Shown: positions 28,555-37,053 of the stretch, piece by piece | Layout: each line of letters opens with the position of its first letter | Position numbering within the stretch: the first letter of the stretch is position 1 | Assembly: GCA_018304465.1 (NCBI GenBank) | Contig: JAGVWC010000012.1 | Span: 64,001-128,000 of the forward strand | Length of the DNA stretch: 64,000 nt | From: Candidatus Iainarchaeum sp. | Lineage (GTDB): Archaea; Iainarchaeota; Iainarchaeia; Iainarchaeales; JAGVWC01 | Direction: 5' to 3' | Notes under the pieces: model-generated | Database searches by the model: none | Told to the model about the DNA's origin: nothing | Seen by the model: only the letters and a program-made list of their open reading frames with translations | Program-made: the position numbers and the translations under genes

Positions 28555-29292
28555 ATGGACGTGAAAAAGATTTCAGATAATGGCAAGGAACTGAAACTCT
28601 TGATCAACGGAACCGATACCGCCATGATGAACGCGTTACGGCGAACGATCATGAACAGTGTGCCGGTGCTCGCCATCGACAAGGTGTGGTTTTATGACAA
28701 CAACTCGGTTATGACCGACGAAATGCTTTCGCATCGACTCGGATTGCTTTCCGTAAAAGGCGTTGGAAAAGTAACGGAAGGAGAAAACGCCAAATTCGCA
28801 TTGGAAAAAGAAGGACCCGGCATGGTGTATTCGGGAGAAATCATTTGTTCGACCGGAAACGCCGAGATCGTGGATAAAAAAATTCCCGTGGTTTTGCTTG
28901 GAAAAAATCAGCGCGTGAGAATGGAAATGGAGGCTGTGGTTGGAACCGGAAAAATGCACACCAAGTGGCAACCGGGAACCGTCACGTATTATCAGGTCCC
29001 AAAAGTCACGTTCGAAGGCGTCAAGGACCCGGAAGCGATCCAAAAAGCGTTTCCCGGAACCATTGAAGTCAAGGCCAAGAAATTATTTTTGGCGGATCCG
29101 TTGAATGCAAAGCAGGTCACGGAATTACGGGATCGTTTTCCGGAAGAAGTAAAGCTTGATTACGACGACAAATCATTCGTCATGATTATTGAAACGAACC
29201 GCGGAAAAGAAAACGCGGAAATCATCGAGGATAGTTTGGAGGCATTGCGCAACCGAAATAAAGAATTCAAAGAAGCGCTCAAAAGCCTTTAA
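28555..29292 (+). CDS. rpoD: RNA polymerase subunit Rpo3 (D)
   Basis: NALRRTIM..VP.LAID, NNSVMTDEMLSHRLGL, GKMHTKWQP. Confidence 0.95.
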   Translation: MDVKKISDNGKELKLLINGTDTAMMNALRRTIMNSVPVLAIDKVWFYDNNSVMTDEMLSHRLGLLSVKGVGKVTEGENAKFALEKEGPGMVYSGEIICSTGNAEIVDKKIPVVLLGKNQRVRMEMEAVVGTGKMHTKWQPGTVTYYQVPKVTFEGVKDPEAIQKAFPGTIEVKAKKLFLADPLNAKQVTELRDRFPEEVKLDYDDKSFVMIIETNRGKENAEIIEDSLEALRNRNKEFKEALKSL

Positions 29293-29320
29293 AACAGTCG
29301 CAACCAGAAGGGTATTACCT

Positions 29321-29429
29321 GCAGGGGTTCCGGAGCGGTTAAACGGACAGGACTTAAGGTAATGCAATTCCAGGTTAGAAGCGATCCTGCGGCTTAGTGC
29401 CTTCGGCGGTTCGAATCCGCCCTCCTGCA
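29321..29429 (+). tRNA. tRNA-Leu(TAA) with 25-nt intron at 37/38 (29359-29383)
   Basis: Acceptor GCAGGGG/CTCCTGC, anticodon stem CAGGA/TCCTG, long variable arm, GGTTCGAATCC T-loop; no encoded CCA. Confidence 0.92.
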
Positions 29430-29458
29430 AAAAAAATAATAAAAAATGGTGAAAAAAA

Positions 29459-29827
29459 ATGAAACGAACAGGACCCACAAAACCAAGTACGAAAGAATTG
29501 ATTCGACGACTGGAAAAAGAAAGCATTTCGCGAAAAGAAACCATTTGGAGAACCATTTCGCGGTTGCTTGAAGCACCGTCGCGCGGATCCATCGCGGTAA
29601 ACGTGGGAAAACTGGGTTTGCTTTCAAAAAAGTTTCCGAAAAAAGTTTTGTTGGTTCCGGGAAAAATTCTTGGAACCGGAGCGCTTGACGCGCCGATAAC
29701 GGTTTGCGGATACGAGTTTTCGGAGAGCGCCGTGAAAAAAATCGAAAAAGCGAAAGGAAAAGCCTTGACGATTCCGCAGTTGTTGGAGTCCAAAGAAAAA
29801 ATCGCTCAAATCATGCTGGTTAAGTGA
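29459..29827 (+). CDS. rpl18e: 50S ribosomal protein eL18
   Basis: VNVGKL, VPGKILGTG. Confidence 0.95.
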   Translation: MKRTGPTKPSTKELIRRLEKESISRKETIWRTISRLLEAPSRGSIAVNVGKLGLLSKKFPKKVLLVPGKILGTGALDAPITVCGYEFSESAVKKIEKAKGKALTIPQLLESKEKIAQIMLVK

Positions 29828-29833
29828 AGAAAT

Positions 29834-30280
29834 ATGAAAATTGTTGATTTCAAAAACGTGGTATTGGGCCGCGCGTCCACCCAAGTCGCAAAGACGCTTC
29901 TAAAAGGCGAAGACGTGATCATTGTCAACTGTGAAAAAGCGGTGGTGAAAGGAACCCGAAGCGGCGCACTCGAAAAATTCGAACGCCGGTACGCTTGGCG
30001 CACCAAGGGAAACCCGGTTAAACGCGGACCCAAGTATTCGCGCTTGCCGGACCGCATCGTGACGTGGACGATCATGCACATGCTGCCCGACGAAAAGCCC
30101 TCCGGCCGAAAAGCCTTGGAACGATTGAAGGTGTACATCGGAGTGCCCAAGAGCATGGAAGGAAAAACATTTGAAAGAATCCAGGGAGCCGAAAACATGG
30201 AGCCCAAGAAATTTTTGACGATTGAACAGATCAGCGCCAAAATGGGTTTGGAACTCAAAAGACCGAAGGTGACGAAGTGA
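29834..30280 (+). CDS. rpl13: 50S ribosomal protein uL13
   Basis: VLGRAS, MLP, LKVYIGVP. Confidence 0.95.
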   Translation: MKIVDFKNVVLGRASTQVAKTLLKGEDVIIVNCEKAVVKGTRSGALEKFERRYAWRTKGNPVKRGPKYSRLPDRIVTWTIMHMLPDEKPSGRKALERLKVYIGVPKSMEGKTFERIQGAENMEPKKFLTIEQISAKMGLELKRPKVTK

Positions 30281-30708
30281 CCCAAGAAAAAACGAAGAAA
30301 AAATCGAAGGCCAAGGGGTTTACCGCCAAAGCCAAGAAAAAAACCGCGATTGCGCGCGCCGTAGCCCGAAAAGGAACCGGGGTCATTCGTATCAACAAGC
30401 GAAACCTCAATACCTTTGAGCCCGAATTGGTGCGCCATTTTATCAGCGAACCCATGGATATTTCAAAGCCCTTATCCGACGACGTCAACATCACGGTGTT
30501 CGTCGAGGGATCCGGTTTCATGAGCCAAGCCGTGGCGTGCCGAACCGCGATCGCCAAGGCATTGGTTGCTTACAAAAAAGACGAAAAACTTAAGAAAAAA
30601 TTTCTGGCATACGACCGCGCTCTGCTGGTCGACGATGTGCGCCGAAAAGAATCCAAGAAACAATTAGGTGTCGGTGCGCGCCGCAAGAAGCAGAAGTCCA
30701 AGAGATAA
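30277..30708 (+). CDS. rps9: 30S ribosomal protein uS9
   Basis: [18 protein letters not shown]. Confidence 0.96.
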   Translation: MTQEKTKKKSKAKGFTAKAKKKTAIARAVARKGTGVIRINKRNLNTFEPELVRHFISEPMDISKPLSDDVNITVFVEGSGFMSQAVACRTAIAKALVAYKKDEKLKKKFLAYDRALLVDDVRRKESKKQLGVGARRKKQKSKR

Positions 30709-30722
30709 AGGAGGCAATAACA

Positions 30723-30917
30723 GTGATTGTACCCGTTCGTTGTTTTAGTTGCAACAAGGTCATTGCGGACCAGTATGAAGAGTACGCCGCACGCATCGGA
30801 AAAGGAGAGAACCCTGAAAAAGTGCTCGACGACCTGGGACTCAGCCGCTATTGCTGCCGCCGCATGCTTTTGACGCACGTGGATCTGATGCCGGAATTGC
30901 TCAAATACGAAGCTTAA
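30723..30917 (+). CDS. rpoN: RNA polymerase subunit Rpo10 (N)
   Basis: [16 protein letters not shown]. Confidence 0.97.
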   Translation: MIVPVRCFSCNKVIADQYEEYAARIGKGENPEKVLDDLGLSRYCCRRMLLTHVDLMPELLKYEA

Positions 30918-30930
30918 GACGAGTTGACAG

Positions 30931-31686
30931 ATGATGACGGAAAAAACCCAACCTCAAAAGACTTCCCCGGAAGCAACGAACCCGTTTTTGACGACCGGAA
31001 GCCACATCGGCACCGTGTACAAGACCGGCGACATGAAACGATACATTTTCAAGCGCCGAAAAGACGGATTGCTCGTGCTTAACGTGGAAAACATCGAAGA
31101 ACGATTGAAAATCGCGGCGGAGTTCATTGCCCAGTTTCCCGCCGACAGAGTCGTGATCGTGGCGCGCCGTTTGTACGGACAATTGCCCGCGCGAAAATTC
31201 GCGGAAATCATCGGTGCCAAAGCCTTGACCGGACGCTTTATTCCAGGAACGTTTTCCAATAAAGAACATAAAAAATTTATCGAACCCAAAGTCGTGTTGG
31301 TAACAGAACCAGAAGCGGATCTGCAAGCGATCAAAGAAGCAAGTATCGTTCGCGCGCCCGTCGTGGCGTTTGTCAGCACGAATAATTCGCTTCGAAACGT
31401 CGACTTGGCGATTCCGATGAACAACAAAGGCCGAAAAAGCCTCGCCTTGGCGTTTTATACCTTGACACGAGAATACCTGGTCAAGCACAAAGACATCAAA
31501 AACGTGGACGGTTTTTCGCTTTCGCCGGAAGACTTCGAATACAAATTAGCCACGCCAACCGGTGAAGAAGACCCCGTCAAACAAGCGATTATTGAAGGCC
31601 GTCAGTTGCGCCGAAAGCGTTTTGGTGGCCACGGACGCGGAAAAGACGATGGAGATCGTCCCCGAATGGGTCGAAAAGGGCCTTAA
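30931..31686 (+). CDS. rps2: 30S ribosomal protein uS2
   Basis: HIGT, GRFIPGTFSN, IPMNNKG. Confidence 0.96.
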   Translation: MMTEKTQPQKTSPEATNPFLTTGSHIGTVYKTGDMKRYIFKRRKDGLLVLNVENIEERLKIAAEFIAQFPADRVVIVARRLYGQLPARKFAEIIGAKALTGRFIPGTFSNKEHKKFIEPKVVLVTEPEADLQAIKEASIVRAPVVAFVSTNNSLRNVDLAIPMNNKGRKSLALAFYTLTREYLVKHKDIKNVDGFSLSPEDFEYKLATPTGEEDPVKQAIIEGRQLRRKRFGGHGRGKDDGDRPRMGRKGP

Positions 31687-31773
31687 AACCCCTCAATTTC
31701 TAATTTTTTCACTCTATCTAGTAAATTTATATAATAGTTTTCACATACTATTGTTGTAGCGTAGCGTGAAAAA

Positions 31774-32520
31774 ATGAAAGAAATCTCCGGAATTCTCGAA
31801 CAATTTGGTTTGACCGAATACGAAGCCAAAACCTTGGCGACGTTGTTTAAGCTATCCGAAGCGGAAGCGCCCGACATCAGCCGAAACGCGCAAGTGCCCA
31901 AAACCCGTGTGTATGACGTGCTTGAAAAATTGATTGAAAAACGCTTGGTCATGGAAATCAGCGGCCGCCCTAAAAAATACAGAGTGGTGTCGCCGACCGA
32001 AACGTTTTCCCAATTGATTTCCGCCAAAAAAGACGAGTTAACCAAACTGGAAGAAGAAGCCACACAGCTTCAACTCGAATTGTCAAGCCAGTTTGAAAAC
32101 CAAAGCGAAGGCGGGGAACGCGTCATGAAAGTCAAGGACAAAAACGATTTTTTGAAAATTTTAAGCCACGAAATCGGAAAAGCCCAAAAAGAAGTCGTGT
32201 GTTTTACCAAGATCGGAAAAAAGTTTCCTGCGTTAAGCGAAAGCCTAAAACTCGCGGCCAAGAACAACGCGACGGTAAAAGTGCTGCACGAACCAGACCA
32301 GGAAAAACACGTGTTGTCGGACCTGACCAAAAACGGAATCGAACTTAAGCAAGGCGACCACGGATTGAACGTGTTCGTGATTGACGGAAAAAAAGTGATT
32401 TTGTTTTTGTCGGACCCTGAAGTGGATCGCGACGAGTATCATTTTACGGTGTGGCCCCAAAACCACGCCATGGCCAACATGGTCAAACACTATTTTGATC
32501 ACCATTGGGGCAAAGAATAA
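31774..32520 (+). CDS. TrmB-family transcriptional regulator
   Basis: FGLTEYEAK, VPKTRVYDVLEKL, RPKKY; C-terminal PLD-like effector domain; TTTATATA upstream. Confidence 0.9.
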   Translation: MKEISGILEQFGLTEYEAKTLATLFKLSEAEAPDISRNAQVPKTRVYDVLEKLIEKRLVMEISGRPKKYRVVSPTETFSQLISAKKDELTKLEEEATQLQLELSSQFENQSEGGERVMKVKDKNDFLKILSHEIGKAQKEVVCFTKIGKKFPALSESLKLAAKNNATVKVLHEPDQEKHVLSDLTKNGIELKQGDHGLNVFVIDGKKVILFLSDPEVDRDEYHFTVWPQNHAMANMVKHYFDHHWGKE

Positions 32521-32562
32521 ACCCTCTTTTTTTAATTCGTTCTTTTTCTAATAGTGAATACC

Positions 32563-34332
32563 ATGTCCAAGTCCCAGGAAGAACAGGCGTTCAAGTACGC
32601 GATTAAAAACGCGGCGTTGCATGACGGCAAAGCCAACATGGGCGCGGTCGTCGGAAAATTGAAAGCGTTGTTTGCCGACGACGACATCAAGGAATTAAGT
32701 CTCATTGCCAAGACGGCAACCGACCGCGTGAACAAAATGAAAAAAGAAGAAATCCAAAAACAGTTTGAAGTGTTTGAAAAAGAAGGATACGAATTAAAAC
32801 CCAAGGAAAAAGAAAAAGGATTGCCTTCACTTGAGTGGGCGGAAAAAGGCGAACCGGTTTCGATGTGCGTGTGCGAAGAAGGATCCATGGTGGAACGGGT
32901 TTTGTTCCAAAAGGTTCCCGTGGTCACGCGGTTTGCGCCGAATCCGAATGGACCGATGCATTTTGGGCATTGTCGTGCCGCGATTTTGTCGGCGGAGTAC
33001 GCCAAAAAATACAATGGAAAATTTTTGCTTCGATTCGAGGATACGGATCCCAAAGTCAAGAAACCCATGGAAAACGCGCAAGAAACTTTTTTGCGCGACC
33101 TCGCATGGCTTGGGTATTCGCCTGACGGAGTGTCGTGGGCGTCGGACCGGTTTGACCCGTATTACGATTACATGAAGCAAGTGTTGGCGATGGGAAAAGC
33201 GTACGTGTGCACGTGCGACAACGAAGGTTTCAAGAAACTGAAAAACAAGGGCATCGCGTGTCCGCATCGCGAACGCGATCCGGTGATTCAGCGCTCGGAA
33301 TTCGACAAGATGCTAAACCACGAATACAAGGAATGGCAGGCGGTTCTTCGGATCAAAACGGATTTGAATCACCCTGATTTAAGCGTGCGCGATTGGTGGG
33401 CGGCAAAAATCGTGGACAAAGTCGCGTACAGCCGGCTCAAAAATCGCGTGGTGTTTCCGAGTTTTAATTTTCAGAATTCGGTGGATGATCATGAAGAAGG
33501 CGTAACCTTGATTTTGCGGGGAGTTCAGCACACCCAAAACGCGGTCAAACAAAAATACTTGTATGGTTATCTGGGATGGAAGTTTCCGCACATCATCCAT
33601 TTTGGCTTGGTGAAAATGAAAGGAATCCTGCTTTCGAAAACCAAGATCAATGATCTGATGAAAAACGATTCTTCGTTTTTGGGTTTTCTCGATCCGCGGC
33701 TTGGAACCGTGGAAGCGTTTCGAGAAAAAGGATTCGTTTCGCAGGCGTTGGTGGACGAAATGCTGGAGCTTGGAACAAGACCAAGCGACGCGTCGATTTC
33801 TTTGGCGCGTCTTGAAGACCGGAACAAGCAATTCATCGACAAGAAATCAAAACGGTTCATTTTGATCGAAGAACCCGTCGAAGTCGTTGTCAACAATGCC
33901 GAAAAAATCGAAGCACGGTTGGAAAATTATCCGGGGGATCCGTCGGCCGGAGTTCGAAAATACGGTTTGGGTTCCGGAAAACAGGTGTTTTGGATCGCCA
34001 AAGACGAAGCGGAAAACGCGATTCTGGGACGCGTTTTGAGATTAAAGCACGCGTATAACGTGCGCGTGGTGAAAAAAGACGGGAAGAAAATCGATTGCGA
34101 GTTTGTTTCGATCGAACACAAAACAGGAATTCCGATCGTGAACTGGTTGATTCCAAGCGAAGTGCAATCCGTCGAGATTCGAATGCTGGACGCGTCGCTC
34201 AAAAAAGGGTATTCGGAAAAAGAATTGGCCCGACAAAAAATCGGCGCGCATGTTCGGTTTGAGGATTTCGGTTTTTTGGTAATCGCAAAAAACGCACAAA
34301 CCGGGACGAAATTGAATTATTCGCACCCCTAA
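32563..34332 (+). CDS. gltX: Glutamyl-tRNA synthetase (with 21-codon insertion 32857-32919)
   Basis: VTRFAPNPNGPMHFGH, LRFEDTDP, YVCTC, LSKT, RFEDFGF. Confidence 0.95.
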   Translation: MSKSQEEQAFKYAIKNAALHDGKANMGAVVGKLKALFADDDIKELSLIAKTATDRVNKMKKEEIQKQFEVFEKEGYELKPKEKEKGLPSLEWAEKGEPVSMCVCEEGSMVERVLFQKVPVVTRFAPNPNGPMHFGHCRAAILSAEYAKKYNGKFLLRFEDTDPKVKKPMENAQETFLRDLAWLGYSPDGVSWASDRFDPYYDYMKQVLAMGKAYVCTCDNEGFKKLKNKGIACPHRERDPVIQRSEFDKMLNHEYKEWQAVLRIKTDLNHPDLSVRDWWAAKIVDKVAYSRLKNRVVFPSFNFQNSVDDHEEGVTLILRGVQHTQNAVKQKYLYGYLGWKFPHIIHFGLVKMKGILLSKTKINDLMKNDSSFLGFLDPRLGTVEAFREKGFVSQALVDEMLELGTRPSDASISLARLEDRNKQFIDKKSKRFILIEEPVEVVVNNAEKIEARLENYPGDPSAGVRKYGLGSGKQVFWIAKDEAENAILGRVLRLKHAYNVRVVKKDGKKIDCEFVSIEHKTGIPIVNWLIPSEVQSVEIRMLDASLKKGYSEKELARQKIGAHVRFEDFGFLVIAKNAQTGTKLNYSHP

Positions 34333-34420
34333 ACGCGGCGGCTGTTCGAGAAATTTTTATATACTCCAACGTTGTAATCAATCTTACATTCAATCAGCAG
34401 TACACACAGGAGGACTGTTT

Positions 34421-35065
34421 ATGAATTATAAATTTTTGTTGACGCTTGTCCTGCTTGGCGTCGTGGCCGCTTCGGCAAGCGCCGCGCTCGTGCAGGTACA
34501 AGTCGTGACCGGATCCAAGACACCCGTTGCCGGGGCTTCGGTCACGGTCGGAACGGGTTCATCCGGCAAAACATTGACGACGGATGCCAAAGGATATACG
34601 GATTTCGTGCGATTGGCCGCCGGAACCACGAACGAAATCGCGGTCACCAAGACGGGTTTTAAGGAAAACAAGATTTTTCCCGCCGTGGCAGCCGCCGCGT
34701 CCGAATTCCAACCGGTTTTGTACGTGGTGAACGTGGCCGCCGTGGAAGCGAAAAAAACCGAAACCAAGGTAACGCAGGCAACCGCGGAAGAAGATTTGAT
34801 CAGCCGGATCCTCAAGGGTTTCATTGCCCCGTTTGCGGTTTTTCCGGTCGGAAAAAACGTGCAACCCAACTGTGTTTTGCGCGTCAATAACGTCGAGCGC
34901 GATACGTTTTACGCGGGATCCAAGAACGCCTGCCGCGAATATCTGACGAACGGATGCAAAACCTACGCCCAGTATCTCAATCCTGGAATCAATTTGCTTG
35001 AAACCCGATGGAAAACGAACAGCGTTGTCGAAACCATTAACAGCGATGTTTGCCGCATCGAATAA
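34421..35065 (+). CDS. Secreted protein with carboxypeptidase-regulatory-like beta-sandwich and Cys-containing C-terminal domain
   Basis: GGAGG SD; signal peptide; PVAGASV..TTDAKG..VTKTGF pattern. Confidence 0.75.
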   Translation: MNYKFLLTLVLLGVVAASASAALVQVQVVTGSKTPVAGASVTVGTGSSGKTLTTDAKGYTDFVRLAAGTTNEIAVTKTGFKENKIFPAVAAAASEFQPVLYVVNVAAVEAKKTETKVTQATAEEDLISRILKGFIAPFAVFPVGKNVQPNCVLRVNNVERDTFYAGSKNACREYLTNGCKTYAQYLNPGINLLETRWKTNSVVETINSDVCRIE

Positions 35066-35087
35066 GACCTACGTATACATAACCACG

Positions 35088-35117
35088 GGGGGCGTTGCCC
35101 CCTGCCCTTTCTTTTTT
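35088..35117 (+). terminator. GC hairpin followed by U-rich tract
   Basis: GGGGG-CGTTG-CCCCC then TTTCTTTTTT. Confidence 0.55.
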
Positions 35118-35261
35118 CCGTTTATTCGTGTTTTATGATTGTTTACCGCCCAAAGACCGGTTTTTTAAAGGTTTGGCCGGGTAATTTTAGTATAATTGGT
35201 CTGTTTGTAATTTTTTTTACCAATGACCATTCGAGAGGTAAAAGACAGGAGTGAACTTGAT

Positions 35262-35624
35262 ATGGCTCAGTACGTTAAGTTTAGCGTTCCGAAGGAAATC
35301 ATGGACCGGCAATTGAACGCGATCGAAAAGGTCCGAAAAGGCGGAAAAATCAAAGTCGGCGTCAACGAAGTCACCAAAGCGGTTGAACGCGGACAAGCGA
35401 AATTCGTCTTTATTGCCGAAGACGTGTCTCCCGCGGAAATCGTTATGCACTTGCCCGTCGTGTGCAAGGAAAAAAAAATCCCGTTTTCGTTTGTTTCTTC
35501 GAAAAAAGAACTCGGCGAAAAATCGGGTTTGGAAGTCGGAACATCGGCGATCGCGATCATGGAAGAAGGAGACGCAAAAGCGGATCTGGAATCCCTGGCG
35601 CGACAAGTCGCGGAACTCAAGTGA
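35262..35624 (+). CDS. rpl7ae: 50S ribosomal protein eL8 (L7Ae)
   Basis: GVNEVTKAVERG, IAEDVSP.EIV.HLP. Confidence 0.96.
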   Translation: MAQYVKFSVPKEIMDRQLNAIEKVRKGGKIKVGVNEVTKAVERGQAKFVFIAEDVSPAEIVMHLPVVCKEKKIPFSFVSSKKELGEKSGLEVGTSAIAIMEEGDAKADLESLARQVAELK

Positions 35625-35636
35625 GGATGAGAAAAA

Positions 35637-35849
35637 ATGGCTGATGATCGAGGAACACCGGCGGAAGTCGTTGAAGTCGTGAAACGCACGGGCGTTCACG
35701 GCGAAGTGACGCAAGTGTTATGCAAGATTCTGACGGGGCCCGAACAAGGCCGCGTCAAGCGACGCAATGTCAAGGGAATCGTCCGAAAAGGCGACATCTT
35801 GATTTTGCTGAACACGGAAAGCGAGGCAAAGGACATTTCAACGCGATAA
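35637..35849 (+). CDS. rps28e: 30S ribosomal protein eS28
   Basis: [16 protein letters not shown]. Confidence 0.95.
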   Translation: MADDRGTPAEVVEVVKRTGVHGEVTQVLCKILTGPEQGRVKRRNVKGIVRKGDILILLNTESEAKDISTR

Positions 35850-35890
35850 CTTCCTTTGCTTTTTTTTCAATTTTTTGAGGTTGATACGAT

Positions 35891-36139
35891 ATGGTCAAAT
35901 GCTCGTTTTGCGGAACCGACATCAATAAGGGAACCGGCAAGATGTTCGTCAAACGCGACGGAACAACGTTCTTTTTTTGTTCAAACAAATGCGAGGAAAA
36001 CCTCCTAAAGCTCAAGCGACAGCCATCCAAAGCCAAGTGGACGGCGGCATGGGGCGCAAGCAAGGCGGCGGCTCAAAAAACCAAAGCCAAAAAAGACACG
36101 AAAACCGCTAAAAAAGAAGTGAAGAAAAAGAAGGAGTGA
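35891..36139 (+). CDS. rpl24e: 50S ribosomal protein eL24
   Basis: CSFCG..GTGKMFV..FCSNKC. Confidence 0.96.
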   Translation: MVKCSFCGTDINKGTGKMFVKRDGTTFFFCSNKCEENLLKLKRQPSKAKWTAAWGASKAAAQKTKAKKDTKTAKKEVKKKKE

Positions 36140-36144
36140 ACGAG

Positions 36145-36615
36145 ATGGCTCATGAGCGAACATTAGTGATCATCAAACCCGACGCGATTCAACGCGAACT
36201 CGCGGGAGAAATTCTCACCCGGTTCGAACGCAAAGGACTGAAAATGATCGGCTTGAAGCTCCAGTTACTCCCGGAAGAAACCATTCGCGATCATTACGCG
36301 CATTTGCGCGAAAAAGTTTTTTTCGAAGAACTCGTCGAGTTCATGACGAACACGCCATCCATCTTGATCGTGCTGGAAGGAAAAGAATGCGTTGAAGTCG
36401 TGCGCCGAATGGTCGGTACCACGAACGCGCGAAGCGCCGACATCGGCAGCATCCGAGGAGATTATGGAATGAGCGTGCAGTCGAATCTGGTGCACGCGTC
36501 CGAATCATTGGTTGCCGCGCAAACCGAAATTGACCGCTTTTTCAAACCCGGAGAAATACACGATTTCACCAAGATTTCGTTTCACTTGGTGTATTCGAGC
36601 GCCGAGCGGGATTAG
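36145..36615 (+). CDS. ndk: Nucleoside diphosphate kinase
   Basis: ERTLVIIKPDA, GSIRGD, NLVHASES. Confidence 0.96.
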   Translation: MAHERTLVIIKPDAIQRELAGEILTRFERKGLKMIGLKLQLLPEETIRDHYAHLREKVFFEELVEFMTNTPSILIVLEGKECVEVVRRMVGTTNARSADIGSIRGDYGMSVQSNLVHASESLVAAQTEIDRFFKPGEIHDFTKISFHLVYSSAERD

Positions 36616-36627
36616 AGGGGTTTTTGA

Positions 36628-37053
36628 GTGGATGTCTTCGTCCAAAAAATCGCACCGGATGCAATGCTTCCAAGTTACGCAAAACCCTTGGACGCCGGAC
36701 TGGATTTGAGATCCAGCGAAGACGCCGTCATCAAACCGCTTGAACGAAAACTGATTTCGACCGGGATCGCAGTTGCGCTTCCGACCAATTTTGTCGGCCT
36801 GATCTGGGACCGGTCCGGAAACTCCGTTCGACACGGCGTGCACTGCATGGCCGGTGTCATTGACGCAGGGTACCGCGGCGAAATCAAGGTTTTGATGATT
36901 AATCTGGGGAACGCGGATTTTGAAGTGAAAAAAAACGACCGCATCGCCCAGTTATTGATTCAACCCGTACTCCAAGGAGACCTAAGAGTCGTTGACAAGC
37001 TCGATGAAACCCATCGCGGCGACACGGGATTTGGATCGAGCGGAAGGAATTGA
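36628..37053 (+). CDS. dut: Trimeric dUTPase
   Basis: All five motifs: AGLDL, RSG, GVIDAGYRGE, RIAQL, RGDTGFGSSG. Confidence 0.95.
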   Translation: MDVFVQKIAPDAMLPSYAKPLDAGLDLRSSEDAVIKPLERKLISTGIAVALPTNFVGLIWDRSGNSVRHGVHCMAGVIDAGYRGEIKVLMINLGNADFEVKKNDRIAQLLIQPVLQGDLRVVDKLDETHRGDTGFGSSGRN

